Assembly: GCA_027923505.1 (NCBI GenBank) | Contig: BROI01000008.1 | Span: forward strand, 682,001-746,000 | From: Mayamaea pseudoterrestris | Taxonomy: Eukaryota | Length of the DNA: 64,000 nucleotides | Reading direction: 5' to 3' | Shown: in pieces, positions 11,873 to 23,226 of the stretch | How the letters are laid out: every line of letters begins with the position of its first letter | Position numbering within the stretch: the stretch's first letter is position 1 | Translations under genes and position numbers: made by a program | Notes under the pieces: generated by a model | What the model was told of the DNA's origin: nothing | The model's input: only the letters and a program-made list of their open reading frames with translations | The model's database searches: none

Positions 11873-13627
11873 TTACAGTAAACTTTTTTGGCGCATTTCC
11901 TCGCGGGTCTGCAGAGTTTGTCGCTTCATTCCAGCTCTTGATGATTGTACGTGGCTGGGCGATATCAAGTCTCGCACAATCTCCTCCGTTGTCATTCCAT
12001 TGGTCGTTTCGCTGGCAGAGTACCCTTCGCTCGGGTGCTTTGCCTCCAGATCAGACAGCACGGCATGTACACGGCTCTTCGTTGCGCGACCAGTTGGAGG
12101 TGGTGGAGGCGGCGGTGGTGGCACTATGGGCTGAATGTACTGAGGAATTGGATGAAACGGACTTAAGGGCCCACGTTCGATGATTTGTTGCATGTGTTGA
12201 GTCTCCCTCTGTTGCTCATATCGTTCGTGCTCCGCCTTTTCACGAAGCTCGTGTAGTTGCTGCTTTAGACTAATTATTTGTTGCTTTGCTTGTCCTATGA
12301 GTTGATCTTGTTTGGTCAAAACTTCATCCTTTCTTTGATTTGTGACTTCCATGAGGCTGAGCGAATCGTTCAAGGCATTCAACGTTGCTTCAAGGTTCTG
12401 CTGCTCCTTCGTGACGCCGTGATAATCGTCCTGAGCTTGTTCCAAAGCAGCTGTAAAACTAGTTGCAAAGAGAAGGCTATCAATGCGAGATACGTGCTCG
12501 TTGCCTTGCTTGCTGTTGCTCAGATACTCATCGACCGCACCTCGAACCGAAAACTCGCTCCAACCATACTCCCTTACCACAGTACGAGCACAACGGTGGC
12601 ATAGAGATACGAGCTGGCTCCAATTTCTGCCAACGTTGTCGTCAGCACTGAGACTCTTGACCAAGGTTGTGAATCCAATGGCTGCTTCGGATGACATGTA
12701 AGGCATTACCAATGAGTCTGTCAGCTCCAGCAGGGCGTGTGCTGATAATTCGCCTGCATTCTTTTCAAAGAATCGGCAAACGATGTCACTCAGGAAAATA
12801 CTCAACTCCTTATTATCGCCATCGAAGGACTCTAGCGCTTTGACAATTACGCGGAAAAGAGAGAACGGTAGCTTAAGCAATGCTTTGACGTCGAGTTGCT
12901 CGAAATTTTCCGCGCACAGATTTTGTGCCGATGCAATGATACGGTCATCCCGATATTCCCAACCTTTGGCGAGGTAGAATGGACCAGTTGTAACGTTTAG
13001 GTCTCGTTGAATGAACTTGTTGACAGCGCCCACAAAGGAATCAACCTCAAAAGTCTTGGCGAGAAAACGCAATGACATTGCATTCTCTGTGGTGATCATT
13101 TCATCTCCTTGTACGATATCGCTCTCGTCGCTTGATGCCAGGTGAAGAGAGGACAAACCTGTCACAGTTGATGCGGCGGTGAGCATCGTATCATGTGACG
13201 CGTTGCGAAAAGAGGCGGCAGTGTATATGTAATCGAGCAGGATCGGAAAATAATCAGCATCTTTTTGATCGAGCTCGATCTTGGTTGATGGCATGGCCTC
13301 AATGTTTCGTCGGCGATGCTTCGTCTTGCCCTTCTTTGCTGAGTCTTGACTTAACATGATCTTAGCAAAGTAACGACTCAGTCTGGGTCCAAAGCAAATC
13401 ACGCTTCTATGGACATGGTAGGTTGCCGTTTTCAGCTCGTTTGTAACGACTATAATTGTCCAATCCGAGTCAGTGACAACTGGGTCGCCTCGCCATGTCA
13501 TGTTTTCGTCGAGCGACATGGTTGGATGGAGATGCGTCTGGATGCTATCAAGCTCGAAGGTATCACCGCTTCCACATTTTGACAAGTGCTGCCTCATTAT
13601 GTCCTCTTCATAAAGGTGTCTAGACAT
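11873..13627 (-). CDS. BTB/POZ domain protein with C-terminal coiled coil and poly-Pro
   Basis: WRGDPVVTDSDWTI...YHVHRSVICFGPRLSRYF...FPILLDYIY, typical of diatom BTB proteins. Confidence 0.8.
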   Translation of the reverse strand: MSRHLYEEDIMRQHLSKCGSGDTFELDSIQTHLHPTMSLDENMTWRGDPVVTDSDWTIIVVTNELKTATYHVHRSVICFGPRLSRYFAKIMLSQDSAKKGKTKHRRRNIEAMPSTKIELDQKDADYFPILLDYIYTAASFRNASHDTMLTAASTVTGLSSLHLASSDESDIVQGDEMITTENAMSLRFLAKTFEVDSFVGAVNKFIQRDLNVTTGPFYLAKGWEYRDDRIIASAQNLCAENFEQLDVKALLKLPFSLFRVIVKALESFDGDNKELSIFLSDIVCRFFEKNAGELSAHALLELTDSLVMPYMSSEAAIGFTTLVKSLSADDNVGRNWSQLVSLCHRCARTVVREYGWSEFSVRGAVDEYLSNSKQGNEHVSRIDSLLFATSFTAALEQAQDDYHGVTKEQQNLEATLNALNDSLSLMEVTNQRKDEVLTKQDQLIGQAKQQIISLKQQLHELREKAEHERYEQQRETQHMQQIIERGPLSPFHPIPQYIQPIVPPPPPPPPPTGRATKSRVHAVLSDLEAKHPSEGYSASETTNGMTTEEIVRDLISPSHVQSSRAGMKRQTLQTREEMRQKSLL

Positions 13628-13894
13628 GGTTATATGCCAATATTTAGCCTGGACGGTATACGTTCCCTTTTACTACTTGCATGCATGGGATGGGATGGAG
13701 GTGCGCTTGGAACTTGGAACGATGGGTCGGAACTTGCAGTCGCCAAAATGTGGAGTGACAAAGCGAAAGGTATCCTTGCAGGCGGGCACGCTCACCTTGA
13801 AAATGATTACTGTACAGTAATAGAGTCACCGCGACTGAAAACTGAAACGTGATAAACAGTGAGTTCCAAGGATCAGCGTTAACTTGACAGTGGA

Positions 13895-14070
13895 ATGACG
13901 TAATTGACACTGGCACTCGTTCCGTATTATTGCCTTATGACGTAATTGACATTGGCACTCGTTGCGCAATAAAGCCTTGTGGCATTATTGACACTGGCAC
14001 TCGTTTCGTACTATGGCCTTATGACGTAATTGACACTGGCACTCGTTTCATACTATTGCCTTATGACGTA
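13895..14070. repeat. 42-bp tandem minisatellite, about 4.2 copies, in a divergent promoter
   Basis: Units start at 13895, 13937, 13979 and 14021, with a partial unit at 14063. Approximate consensus ATGACGTAATTGACACTGGCACTCGTTTCGTACTATTGCCTT. Confidence 0.95.
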
Positions 14071-14209
14071 CAAAAGGAATGGCGTACTCTAGAAGTTGAG
14101 GTTTGAGATCATCGTGCACATACATACCGGTATAGCAAGCTTCTTTCAGCTGCAGGTCGTAATCACTTGATCGGAATTGCATTGCGTAGGTTCAGGCCAG
14201 AATTTGTTC

Positions 14210-15412
14210 ATGTCCGAATTGGAGAAAATCCCGACGCGAGAATTGCTATCCAAGCCAGTTTCAATCATTGGCCTCGGCTGCAGTTCCTTCTCGGCCTTCT
14301 TCGACAAGGATGCAGACGATGGATCGTTAAACGTTGAGACGCTATCCCGAGACAATGAAAAAGTGATCGGATGGATAGAGACGATTCACTACGCCATAAA
14401 TGTAGCAGGCATTACTTTATTGGATACTGCACCCTGGTACGGACATGGCATTTCGGAGGTTGTCGTTGGATGGGCCTTGCATGACTTGCGGTTGACTGAG
14501 CAACGGCGTGGAATGCTCCAGATTCAAACCAAGGTTGGTCGATACGCGGCAGATCCTATAAAGCAGTTTGATTTCTCTTATGACGCAACAATTCGGTCGG
14601 TCCAGCGATCCCTCGAGCGTCTCCACTGCAGCTACATCGATTGTGTCCAGATACATGATCCAGAGTTCGCCCCAAGTCTTGCTCAAGTAATGGCTACTTT
14701 GGAGGGTTTACGTTTCGCCAAAAGGCAAGGCTGGTGCCTATCCATTGGCTTGACAGGCTATCCACTGGCGGTGCAACATCAGATATTGGAGATTAGTCGC
14801 AAGCGCTTCAATTGCAACCTCTTTGATAGATCGCTTACGTACTCGCACTATAATTTACACGATACCAGCCTTTTTCTACATCCATTGCCGTCAATTGAAA
14901 AATCCTTTTTTGAGTATTGTGCAGCGCAAAAGATTGCGGTGTTGGCAGCTGCTCCGCTGTCCATGGGTCTGCTCACCAAGCAAGGCCCACCACGCTGGCA
15001 TCCAGCAAGCGCCGAGCTTAAAAAGGCTTGCCGAGAAGCTGCTAAGATATGCGACTCGCATGGACTTGATATTTCCATTCTAGCATTAATGTTTGCGCTG
15101 GCAAGTCCCCAGCTGCCATGCACCATTTTAGGAATGAAGAGTGTGGAGGAAGTCAAGCTAGCTCAGAACGTGGCGAATCGGTTTCAGAACATCGACCCAT
15201 CGCTTATGTTCACACAAGACCGAGTGCTAAAGCATGTGTTCACAGAGAAAGAGAAGTTATGTTTCATTGCTGTTCGAGATCCTATCTCTGGTCCCTTTGC
15301 CACCTTATGGAACAACGGTGATTTTCGGTGGGATGGTGTACAATCTGCTACAGCCTTCTGGGCTCAGGCCGAGAACGCTTCCATTCCCGATTGGCAAACG
15401 AAAGATAGATAG
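14210..15412 (+). CDS. Aldo-keto reductase, L-galactose/D-arabinose dehydrogenase-like
   Basis: LDTAPWYGHGISE, TKVGRY, FDFSYDATIRSVQRSLERL, IHDPEF, IGLTGYPL and AAPLSMGLLT. Confidence 0.85.
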   Translation: MSELEKIPTRELLSKPVSIIGLGCSSFSAFFDKDADDGSLNVETLSRDNEKVIGWIETIHYAINVAGITLLDTAPWYGHGISEVVVGWALHDLRLTEQRRGMLQIQTKVGRYAADPIKQFDFSYDATIRSVQRSLERLHCSYIDCVQIHDPEFAPSLAQVMATLEGLRFAKRQGWCLSIGLTGYPLAVQHQILEISRKRFNCNLFDRSLTYSHYNLHDTSLFLHPLPSIEKSFFEYCAAQKIAVLAAAPLSMGLLTKQGPPRWHPASAELKKACREAAKICDSHGLDISILALMFALASPQLPCTILGMKSVEEVKLAQNVANRFQNIDPSLMFTQDRVLKHVFTEKEKLCFIAVRDPISGPFATLWNNGDFRWDGVQSATAFWAQAENASIPDWQTKDR

Positions 15413-15481
15413 TGATTAAGGCTACAAAATGAGTGCATATCCACTTAAATAAAATAAACCACACACTAGCGACACCGGCGC

Positions 15482-17835
15482 TCAATCGACTTCTTCAACG
15501 CTAGGGCCGCCCATGCCTTCGCCATCTAAATCCTCTGGCAAAAAGCTGTCCTCTTGCCCTGCGCCATCCGCACCACCTGATGCTGACTCATACGCTCGTT
15601 TTAAAATAGGATTGGCTATCTTTTCGACTTCCTTCTGCTTTTCTTCGTTCTCGATTTTGTCAGCTGCAGGATGGTCTTCCAGCCATATAAGAGCGTCGTC
15701 GACTGCTTTTGAAAGTGCCGTCTTGTCTTCGTCGTCCAATTTGGCGGACAGAGTATCGCTGACAGAGTTTTTCAAATTATAAAGATACGATTCCAATTCA
15801 TTCCTTGTCTGGATCTTTTCCTTCTCCAACTTGTCTTGTTCGGCAAAGTCTTCTGCTTCCTTGACCATTTTTTCAATTTCTTGTTCCGACAGCCGACCCT
15901 TTTCGCTAGTGATCGTCAACGACTGCGTCTTGCCAGTTCCTTTGTCTGCCGCGGCAATACTTAAAATGCCATTGGCATCCACGTCAAAGCTGACTTCAAT
16001 TTGCGGCACACCACGAGGCGCTGGAGGAATGCCACCAAGCTCAAACGATCCCAAGAGCCGATTAGACTTGGTCATGGCGCGCTCTCCCTCGTACACTTGA
16101 ATATTCACAGCAGGCTGGTTATCGGCAAACGTGGAAAAGACTTGCGACTTCTTGACGGGTATGGTGGTCCCCCGCTTGATCAGCGGCGTCATGACGCCGC
16201 CGGCAGTCTCAATGCCGAGTGATAGTGGTGCTACGTCAAGCAGAAGAACATCTTTCGTCGCTTCAGCCGCGTCGCCACTCAAAATTCCTCCCTGAACTGC
16301 CGCTCCGTAAGCCTGCGCGAGACAAAATGTGTTCGGTGAGATGGTGCGAAAGGAAGCGACAACCGTAAAACAGTTCTTGTGTGCTTCAGTCGGTTTGTAA
16401 CATTCACATCAGGAAATGACAAGCGGTAAGACCCGATAACTACTCCGGCCGCCAGCAATTCATCAGAAGCCAAGCGTTACAATGATATCGTCACGAGCAC
16501 ACACGACTATGCACATAGTGCACAATATCATGAACGTACCACTGCTTCATCTGGATTTATGCTTCTGCACAGTTCCTTGCCTCCAAAAAAATCAGAGAGC
16601 ATTTCCTGGACCTTTGGAATTCGCGTGGAGCCACCGACAAGAATGATCGTGTTAACATCACTCTTGCCCATACCAGCATCCTTTAAAACCTGAGTCACAG
16701 GCGCCATAGTCTTTTTGAACAGATCCTGGTTCAGTTCTTCAAACTTGGCTCGCGAGATTGTGGTGGAGAAGTCGATGCCATTCGCCAACGCTTCGCAGTC
16801 GATTGTAGCCGACGTTTGTTGCGAAAGAGTACGCTTCGCCATTTCACACTGCTTGCGCAACCGCTGTATCGCTCGCTTATCGCCCGTGATATCGATACCG
16901 GTCTTTCGCTTGAACTGATTAATGCAGTACTCAATCATACGATAGTCGAAATCTTGTCCTCCTAAATGAGTGTTCCCTGAAGTCGCCCTCACTTCGAACA
17001 CACCATGGTCAATACTGAGCAGAGTCACATCGAAGGTCCCTCCTCCCAAATCAAAGACGAGAATATTCTCCTCTCGGTCCTGCTTGTCAAGTCCGTAAGC
17101 TATCGCAGCTGCGGTCGGTTCGTTAATGACTCGCTCCACCTTGAGACCAGCAATGGTACCGGCATCCTTGGTGGCTTGTCGTTGGGCGTCTGTGAAGTAG
17201 GCGGGGACTGTCACGACTGCATGCTTGACTTCGCATCCCAAATATGTTTCTGCAATCTCTTTCATTTTGCGAAGAATCATTCCGCTGATTTCTTCTGGCG
17301 TGAAACTATCCTTTGATTGCTTAGATGCGATTTCAGGATCGAGTCGAAGAATGGGCTTTCCATTCGCGTCTTGGTCGATGGCATATGGAAGTAGCGTCTT
17401 GTCGGTCTGCACGGTTTGATCAGTAAATTTTCGCCCAATGAGTCGTTTAACGTCAAAGAATGTTCCAGTTGGATTGCTTGGAGCTTGATTTTTGGCAGCG
17501 TCTCCAATGAGGCGCGAACCGTCGTTGCAAAACGCCACGTAACTGGGAGTGATGCGGTTTCCTTGTTCATTGGGACAAACATCGACTCGATTATTCTTCC
17601 ATACAGCGACGCACGAATATGTGGTTCCCAAGTCGATTCCAATGCAAGGGCCTTGAATCTTATTGTTAGGATCAGAAGCACCGCCTCGCAGAGTCGAGAT
17701 GCGAGAGAAGGCTTCGGCCGAAGTGCGTTTCAATGACGATCGAGCTGAAGTCCGCACGCCGAATAGCGATGCCGCTGATAACGTACATTGGCATACGAGC
17801 GCCGCGACTACGGGTAATAAAGACCTTTTCGCCAT
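15482..17835 (-). CDS. HSP70: Hsp70 with N-terminal signal peptide and C-terminal EEVD (probable periplastid-compartment Hsp70); intron 16313-16539
   Basis: [23 protein letters not shown] and [10 protein letters not shown]. Splicing restores NPDEAVAYGAAVQ. Ends in PSVEEVD. Confidence 0.93.
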
Positions 17836-18097
17836 GTTTTCCGAGTCTGCTTATATGGGAGGGTCGATCTTTGTGCGATGGATAAACAGGAAGTAAATGG
17901 ATTTGTGTTGATGGTCCTCGGTCGAGATCAATCTCGCCCGATTCTTCGCAAAGCCACGTGTCGAACAAACAAGAATGTCTCACCGCAATCGCACTACGTG
18001 TCGTTCCGGTATTCAAGATGGGCGTTGGCGACGCATTATTTCTTGGATGATGTTCACATGCTGTAGGGAGTACAAGTTACTCATTACAACCAAGAAG

Positions 18098-19152
18098 ATG
18101 CTGGGTGCGACACGGATCGCTCCAAAACTGTTGTGGCGTGGACGATTTCACGGATCGTTTCGGTCAGTCGGCCAACTATCTAAATCTTTGGCTGAAGTGC
18201 TTCGTGACGTCCATGAACGAAACGTAAATCCTCACGAGGCAGAAGAACTCATCATGTCCTTGTTGCCGACAAGTAATGAAAACAACTCACAAAACAACGA
18301 CGAAGTACTTCGCCAATATGCTAATATAGATCATGCACGTTCCCTTCGAACTGGATTTCCAGAGGCTGTATTTGCACAAGGAAAATCGCCCGAACAGGTT
18401 GCCAGGATTCTGGACGACATGGCTCGGCATGCAAATGAGAATGCTCCCAGCGATAATCAACCGATCAATCCAATCTTAGCAACCAGGTAAGTGGATGAAT
18501 TTGGTAAGGCCTTGAACTGCCGATGAATTTCGTAGACCTTGCCATGTCGTTGTCGCACCTCATCTCTCACATCCAGCTGGTCATCGCTTGCACTTCCGCA
18601 ACTAGAGTATCGTTGGAAATGTATAAAGAAGTGTCAGCCATTTCTTTCAGCCATGGCGCCATAAAGTACCACGAGACGGCTCGCATTATATCCATGACGA
18701 CATCAAGTGGCGACACTAGCACACCAAATTCTTCGCCACCACCGGCAAAAGCTCGTCGTCGGGTCGTCGTGGTCACTGCAGGGACTACGGACATTTTTGT
18801 TGCAGAGGAAGCTGCTGTTACATTGGAAGCCGCTGGGTGTGTCATTGAGCGCGTCTATGACTGTGGCGTTGCTGGGTTGCACCGCATTGTCCAGGCTACT
18901 CCTCGTTTGCGGCATAAGGATGTTGCGGCAGTCATTGTCTGCGCCGGCATGGATGGCGCCTTACCCAGCGTGGTAGGAGGCCTTGTGGATGTTCCTGTCA
19001 TTGCCGTGCCTACCAGCATTGGCTATGGTGCATCATTTGGAGGGGTGAGTGCCATGCTTACCATGCTCAATACTTGCAGTCCTGGCGTTGCAACTGTCAA
19101 CATTGACAATGGCTTTGGAGCCGCTGCAATTGTTTACAAAATGATAAAGTAA
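18098..19152 (+). CDS. larB: LarB / NCAIR-mutase-like protein (nickel-pincer nucleotide biosynthesis family); intron 18487-18605
   Basis: [43 protein letters not shown] and [34 protein letters not shown]...NIDNGFGAA. Confidence 0.88.
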
Positions 19153-19543
19153 ATTATGTTTGATCTAGAGTTTCACTATCTAAAGTCGTGTACAGAACTG
19201 TGAAATGAAAGTTAGCTATTGGTTCAGTATTCAAAGCTGGGATGGAAATGCCATTAAGCTTCACCTCGCCTGACTCAGCAGCCGAAGATGTTGAACTTCC
19301 AAGCCAATGACGCACGCACGTCCTAGCTGGCTAAGCTATTAACTGAATTGCCTCCTCTGGCGTGTTGTCATAAAAAAGTATATGCCACCTGTCACCAAGC
19401 CAATCAAATCTAATCGTGTGCATCACTTATCGACCAGTGACCAATAAAAGTCATCCAATTTGGAAGGGGCTTAAGGAATTTGCGACGATGTCGCCCATGA
19501 CGCCACCAACAAAGATTCCCGAGGGCTCGAGGGAACGCAAGCC

Positions 19544-21524
19544 ATGGAATCGCACAATCCAACCGTGGCAGCTCTGCCGAAGGAAGTCGAATCACTCGAA
19601 GAACAAGCAGTGATTGAGAGAAGGTGTTCCTCAAGAAGCTTCCATCAGACCATGATCCCTCTCCCAACTAACGCTTCGCATTTACAACCTGATGCACTCG
19701 ACCATGGGAATAGCGACAGCGCTGGACCAAGCGTCAATGAAGGCTTGCCGCTGGCGGAGAAACTGGAGGATGCAGGGGCAGCGCCAGGTGCCAGCAACCC
19801 TAATTTTCCGCCGCAGGTGCCAGGCGCGTCCGATGATGCGGACGAGGATCAAGAGCTCATGAATGAGCTCGACTCAGAAATGGGAGGCGATCGCAATGGA
19901 CATCAACCAGTCGCAGAATTTCTTTATCAGCTCACCAAAATGCTTACGGATGATAACACGGAGGTCATCGAGTGGAGTGACTCTCGCATCAAGGTGCACG
20001 ATCCTCAAAAGCTAGAAGGCGATATTCTCCACAAATACTTTCGTCACTCCAAGTTTGCGTCGTTCCAAAGGCAATTGAACTACTTTGGATTTCGTAAAAT
20101 TGCGGGAAAGGGAAAGATGAGTCCATGGTAAGTTGCTCGAGGCTTGGTATTATATAAATTATAGCGTGACCCTGGGATTTGCTCATCGTTCAATGATTCT
20201 CTTGTTCAGCTCATATGTCAACGATGGAGCCACGACGGATATTCGCAGCTTGCTCCTTATTAAGCGCAAGACAAATGGATCGGCGGCGCGAAAGGCTGCC
20301 ATTCAGCAGCGCTCAATGAATCCCTTGCTTGGCTTGAACCTGCAGACCCTCGCTGCTGCCGGACAGCAAATGAATCTTGCCAATCTCGGCGGTCAAGCCT
20401 TTGGAAACATGGGCGGCCCTTCGCTTGCGAATGCAATGGCGCTGTTATCGGAGAATGCTCTTCGAGCTGGACTAGAGCAAATGCAGAGTGGAAACGGTTT
20501 GACTGGACAGCAGCTTGGGTTACTCGCACTTCAGCAGCAACAGCAACAATATCATCAGTTGCAACAGCAGCAGCAGTTGTTGCAGCATAATCACCAGCAG
20601 CCGCAACAGAGTCAGCAGACGCAGTTGCACCAGCATTTGTTGCAGTTGCAGCAAAGTCAACAACAACAGCAAAACATGCAACAGCCGACTCCGCAGCCGC
20701 AAGTTAGCAGCAACCTCGACCAGATGCGGCAAGGACTAGTGGGGCGAAAAGGTTTGTTGCAATCAAACTCTCTTGATCAGCTGGCACAGTTGACTGCTCA
20801 GCTTCACGAGGCGCAACAGCAGCAGAACAATAATGTTTCTTCTGGGGATTCACCAAGCACATCCACTACGAACATTCATGCTGCAGCGACGAGTATGCAG
20901 TCGCTTCAGAACAATCTAAACATGATTCTAAGTAACCAAAGTGCATCTGGGGCTGCTTCTTCCGCAATGAATCCGGCGTCTGCCGCCTTGTTGGCACAGC
21001 AGAGGGCCATGGGCAATCCTGCTTCGGCCGCACTCCAGGCGATGGATGGTGCGTCGGGTGGAGCGACGGCTGCCGCCGCCAACAGCAACAATTTGTTCGA
21101 ATCGGCCTTGAATTTAAAGTCGTTGCTGCAGGAGCACCAGGAATCCGCGGCCAGGAACCAAGCCGCCAACGGTGGAGGTAACAACATCAGTAGTAATCAG
21201 GGTGTTTCGTCTCGGTTGAACCAACATCGCCTTGGGTCGAGCAATGCTATGTTTCCTGACAACATGAGCACCCTTTCGCTGGGCAATTTGCTCGGAAGTT
21301 CAAATCGCCTCAATTCGTTGTTGAGCCTGAACAGTCTCATGGGGTCTCGGGAACCATCCTTGGCTGATTTCGCCGCCTTGAATGGAATGCATCAGTTTCC
21401 CTACCACGCGCAGTTTCCTCCGCCCGGAGCGACGACTAGTGCTGGAAATGGAGGAGCGGTGGCGAATGCGCCCATGAGTGCTGCAGATTTGGCACAGCGT
21501 TTGCGACAAGCCAATTACTCGTAG
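19544..21524 (+). CDS. HSF: Heat shock transcription factor with Q-rich region; intron 20128-20209
   Basis: [10 protein letters not shown]...[26 protein letters not shown]-binding domain. Start codon uncertain. Confidence 0.9.
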
Positions 21525-21827
21525 CCATTTTTCTCAAGGATATATATTTGTGGTTGTTGGAACATTTTTGTCTTGGCACTAACGTACATTAACAATTTTC
21601 GCTCGGACAACTTAACAAAACCCAATTACTGACAATGAGTACGTTCTTGCATCAAAGCTGCCCGCATGTTTACGTCGTACGACTACTCGTAGCCAAACAA
21701 TGCCGGAGCGACACTTATAAAGAAAATCGCATCCGGTCTGCGACCGCAACATGCCACATCCATGATGATGAGGGAAGCCTTCTGCATATGCGACTACCGT
21801 AGCTAGCGAGCCAACCATTAACTTACC

Positions 21828-23147
21828 ATGCCAAGCGAATCTGCTTTGGCTAAATCACTTTTGGATCTTGGCGACCCATCAGGCCGTCAAGATGGACAGT
21901 ACTGGGACGAATGGTTTCGTCTGGTTTGTTGCGAAAGCAGTAATAGTCATCGGCCATTCGAGTGGTATACGAGTCCTGAGCAAGTGAAGCGAGTGATCTC
22001 CTTTCACATGAAAGAGATGTCGCAGTCTCTGGCAATGGTGGATCAAGTCGGGAGAGACATGCTGCCGCGACAAATGATCCATCCTGGATCGGGAACATCG
22101 TTGGTGCCGCTCGCTTTATCGGAGGAATACCCAGAGCACCGGCATGTGGTGGTTGAGGTATCTCCAGTGGCAATCCAAGAGATGAAGGAGTTCCACGAAA
22201 AACAGATTCTCGAAAGTCGCCTATCGCATCAAGTTTGTCTCATTGACTACGTCCTAGCCGACTTGCTTGACGCGTCAACACCACTCGACCTGCCGCCTCT
22301 GTCTTTCGATGCGTGGATTGACAAGGGGCTGATTGACGCTGTCTTTTCCAACAAAGATCATGATAGAAATCGTGTTCAAGCCAAATACCTGTTCCAACAA
22401 GCTCATTATCTGTTGACTGATTTTGGTATCATGCTGATTGTCAGTGTGGCGGAACGGCATAGCCTTGAACTTGTGCTTGAAAACTGGATGACCACGGCGG
22501 AAAATGGAGATCTCTTATGGGCAACTTTGCATATCTGGGAGATGGAACCAGTATCTGGCGAAATGCTGCCGTTTGGATTCGTGCTAATCAAATCATCGTT
22601 ATCATCAACGATGGAACACTCCGCGTCAGGATCGGCACGTGTTGTTATTCATCCAATGCATGGGATGGCATCAGCATTGTTAGTGACTACAGAAAATGCA
22701 ATTGAAACGGTCGTTGGCTACATCGCCTGTGCAAGAGAAGCATATATTAAGACAACCCGCGCTTCAAAAGACAAGAGACTAATGCTAACGACGCTCGATC
22801 TTAAGCCTTACGATGCCGAAACAGATCTTGTAGCACTTAGTGAGCGAATTCGCACCATGCAGTGGCAAGCCGAGGGACCTGATGGTCTACAAAAACTCAG
22901 GCCTGTGTGGCAAACCTTTTATAAGGATGGCGTTGAGCAATTAGAAGAGATTATTCCTATTGCTTTTGGAATATCCAAGCTTCGCTTACAATGTATTATA
23001 CGTGCGGACGATCTTGAACTTTTAGTTTCGGCTATAAATGATTGGGAAGGCGATGATATCATGGAAGGAGTGCAGTCAGTTGATGTTGACTGGGAAACGA
23101 GCGCCGCGATAGCCGATGTTGCCGCTTTTGTAAAAGACAGGCGATGA
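21828..23147 (+). CDS. Class I SAM methyltransferase (METTL13/Efm4-like) fused to a C-terminal eEF1B GEF-like domain
   Basis: YWDEWF...FEWY, HPGSGTS and FDAWIDKGLIDA in the N-terminal part. C-terminal LDLKPYDAETDL...PIAFGISKL...GVQSVDV. Confidence 0.75.
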   Translation: MPSESALAKSLLDLGDPSGRQDGQYWDEWFRLVCCESSNSHRPFEWYTSPEQVKRVISFHMKEMSQSLAMVDQVGRDMLPRQMIHPGSGTSLVPLALSEEYPEHRHVVVEVSPVAIQEMKEFHEKQILESRLSHQVCLIDYVLADLLDASTPLDLPPLSFDAWIDKGLIDAVFSNKDHDRNRVQAKYLFQQAHYLLTDFGIMLIVSVAERHSLELVLENWMTTAENGDLLWATLHIWEMEPVSGEMLPFGFVLIKSSLSSTMEHSASGSARVVIHPMHGMASALLVTTENAIETVVGYIACAREAYIKTTRASKDKRLMLTTLDLKPYDAETDLVALSERIRTMQWQAEGPDGLQKLRPVWQTFYKDGVEQLEEIIPIAFGISKLRLQCIIRADDLELLVSAINDWEGDDIMEGVQSVDVDWETSAAIADVAAFVKDRR

Positions 23148-23226
23148 GACGCTCAGTAGCGCATGGAAGCGTAGCAATTTGTTACTTTTCACGTATAACT
23201 GTTTAACGCTAAATGCTAAATAAATA

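Noticed and set aside
13895..14070. CRISPR-like array
   Set aside because: The variable parts are short and homologous to each other rather than unique spacers. There are no cas genes and the context is eukaryotic.
15482..17835. ER BiP call for the signal-peptide Hsp70
   Set aside because: It ends in EEVD rather than K/HDEL and has a transit-like extension.
18098..19152. PurE call, or bacterial contamination
   Set aside because: The N-terminal [13 protein letters not shown] domain and the [16 protein letters not shown] motifs are LarB-type. The gene has a spliceosomal intron and eukaryotic neighbours.
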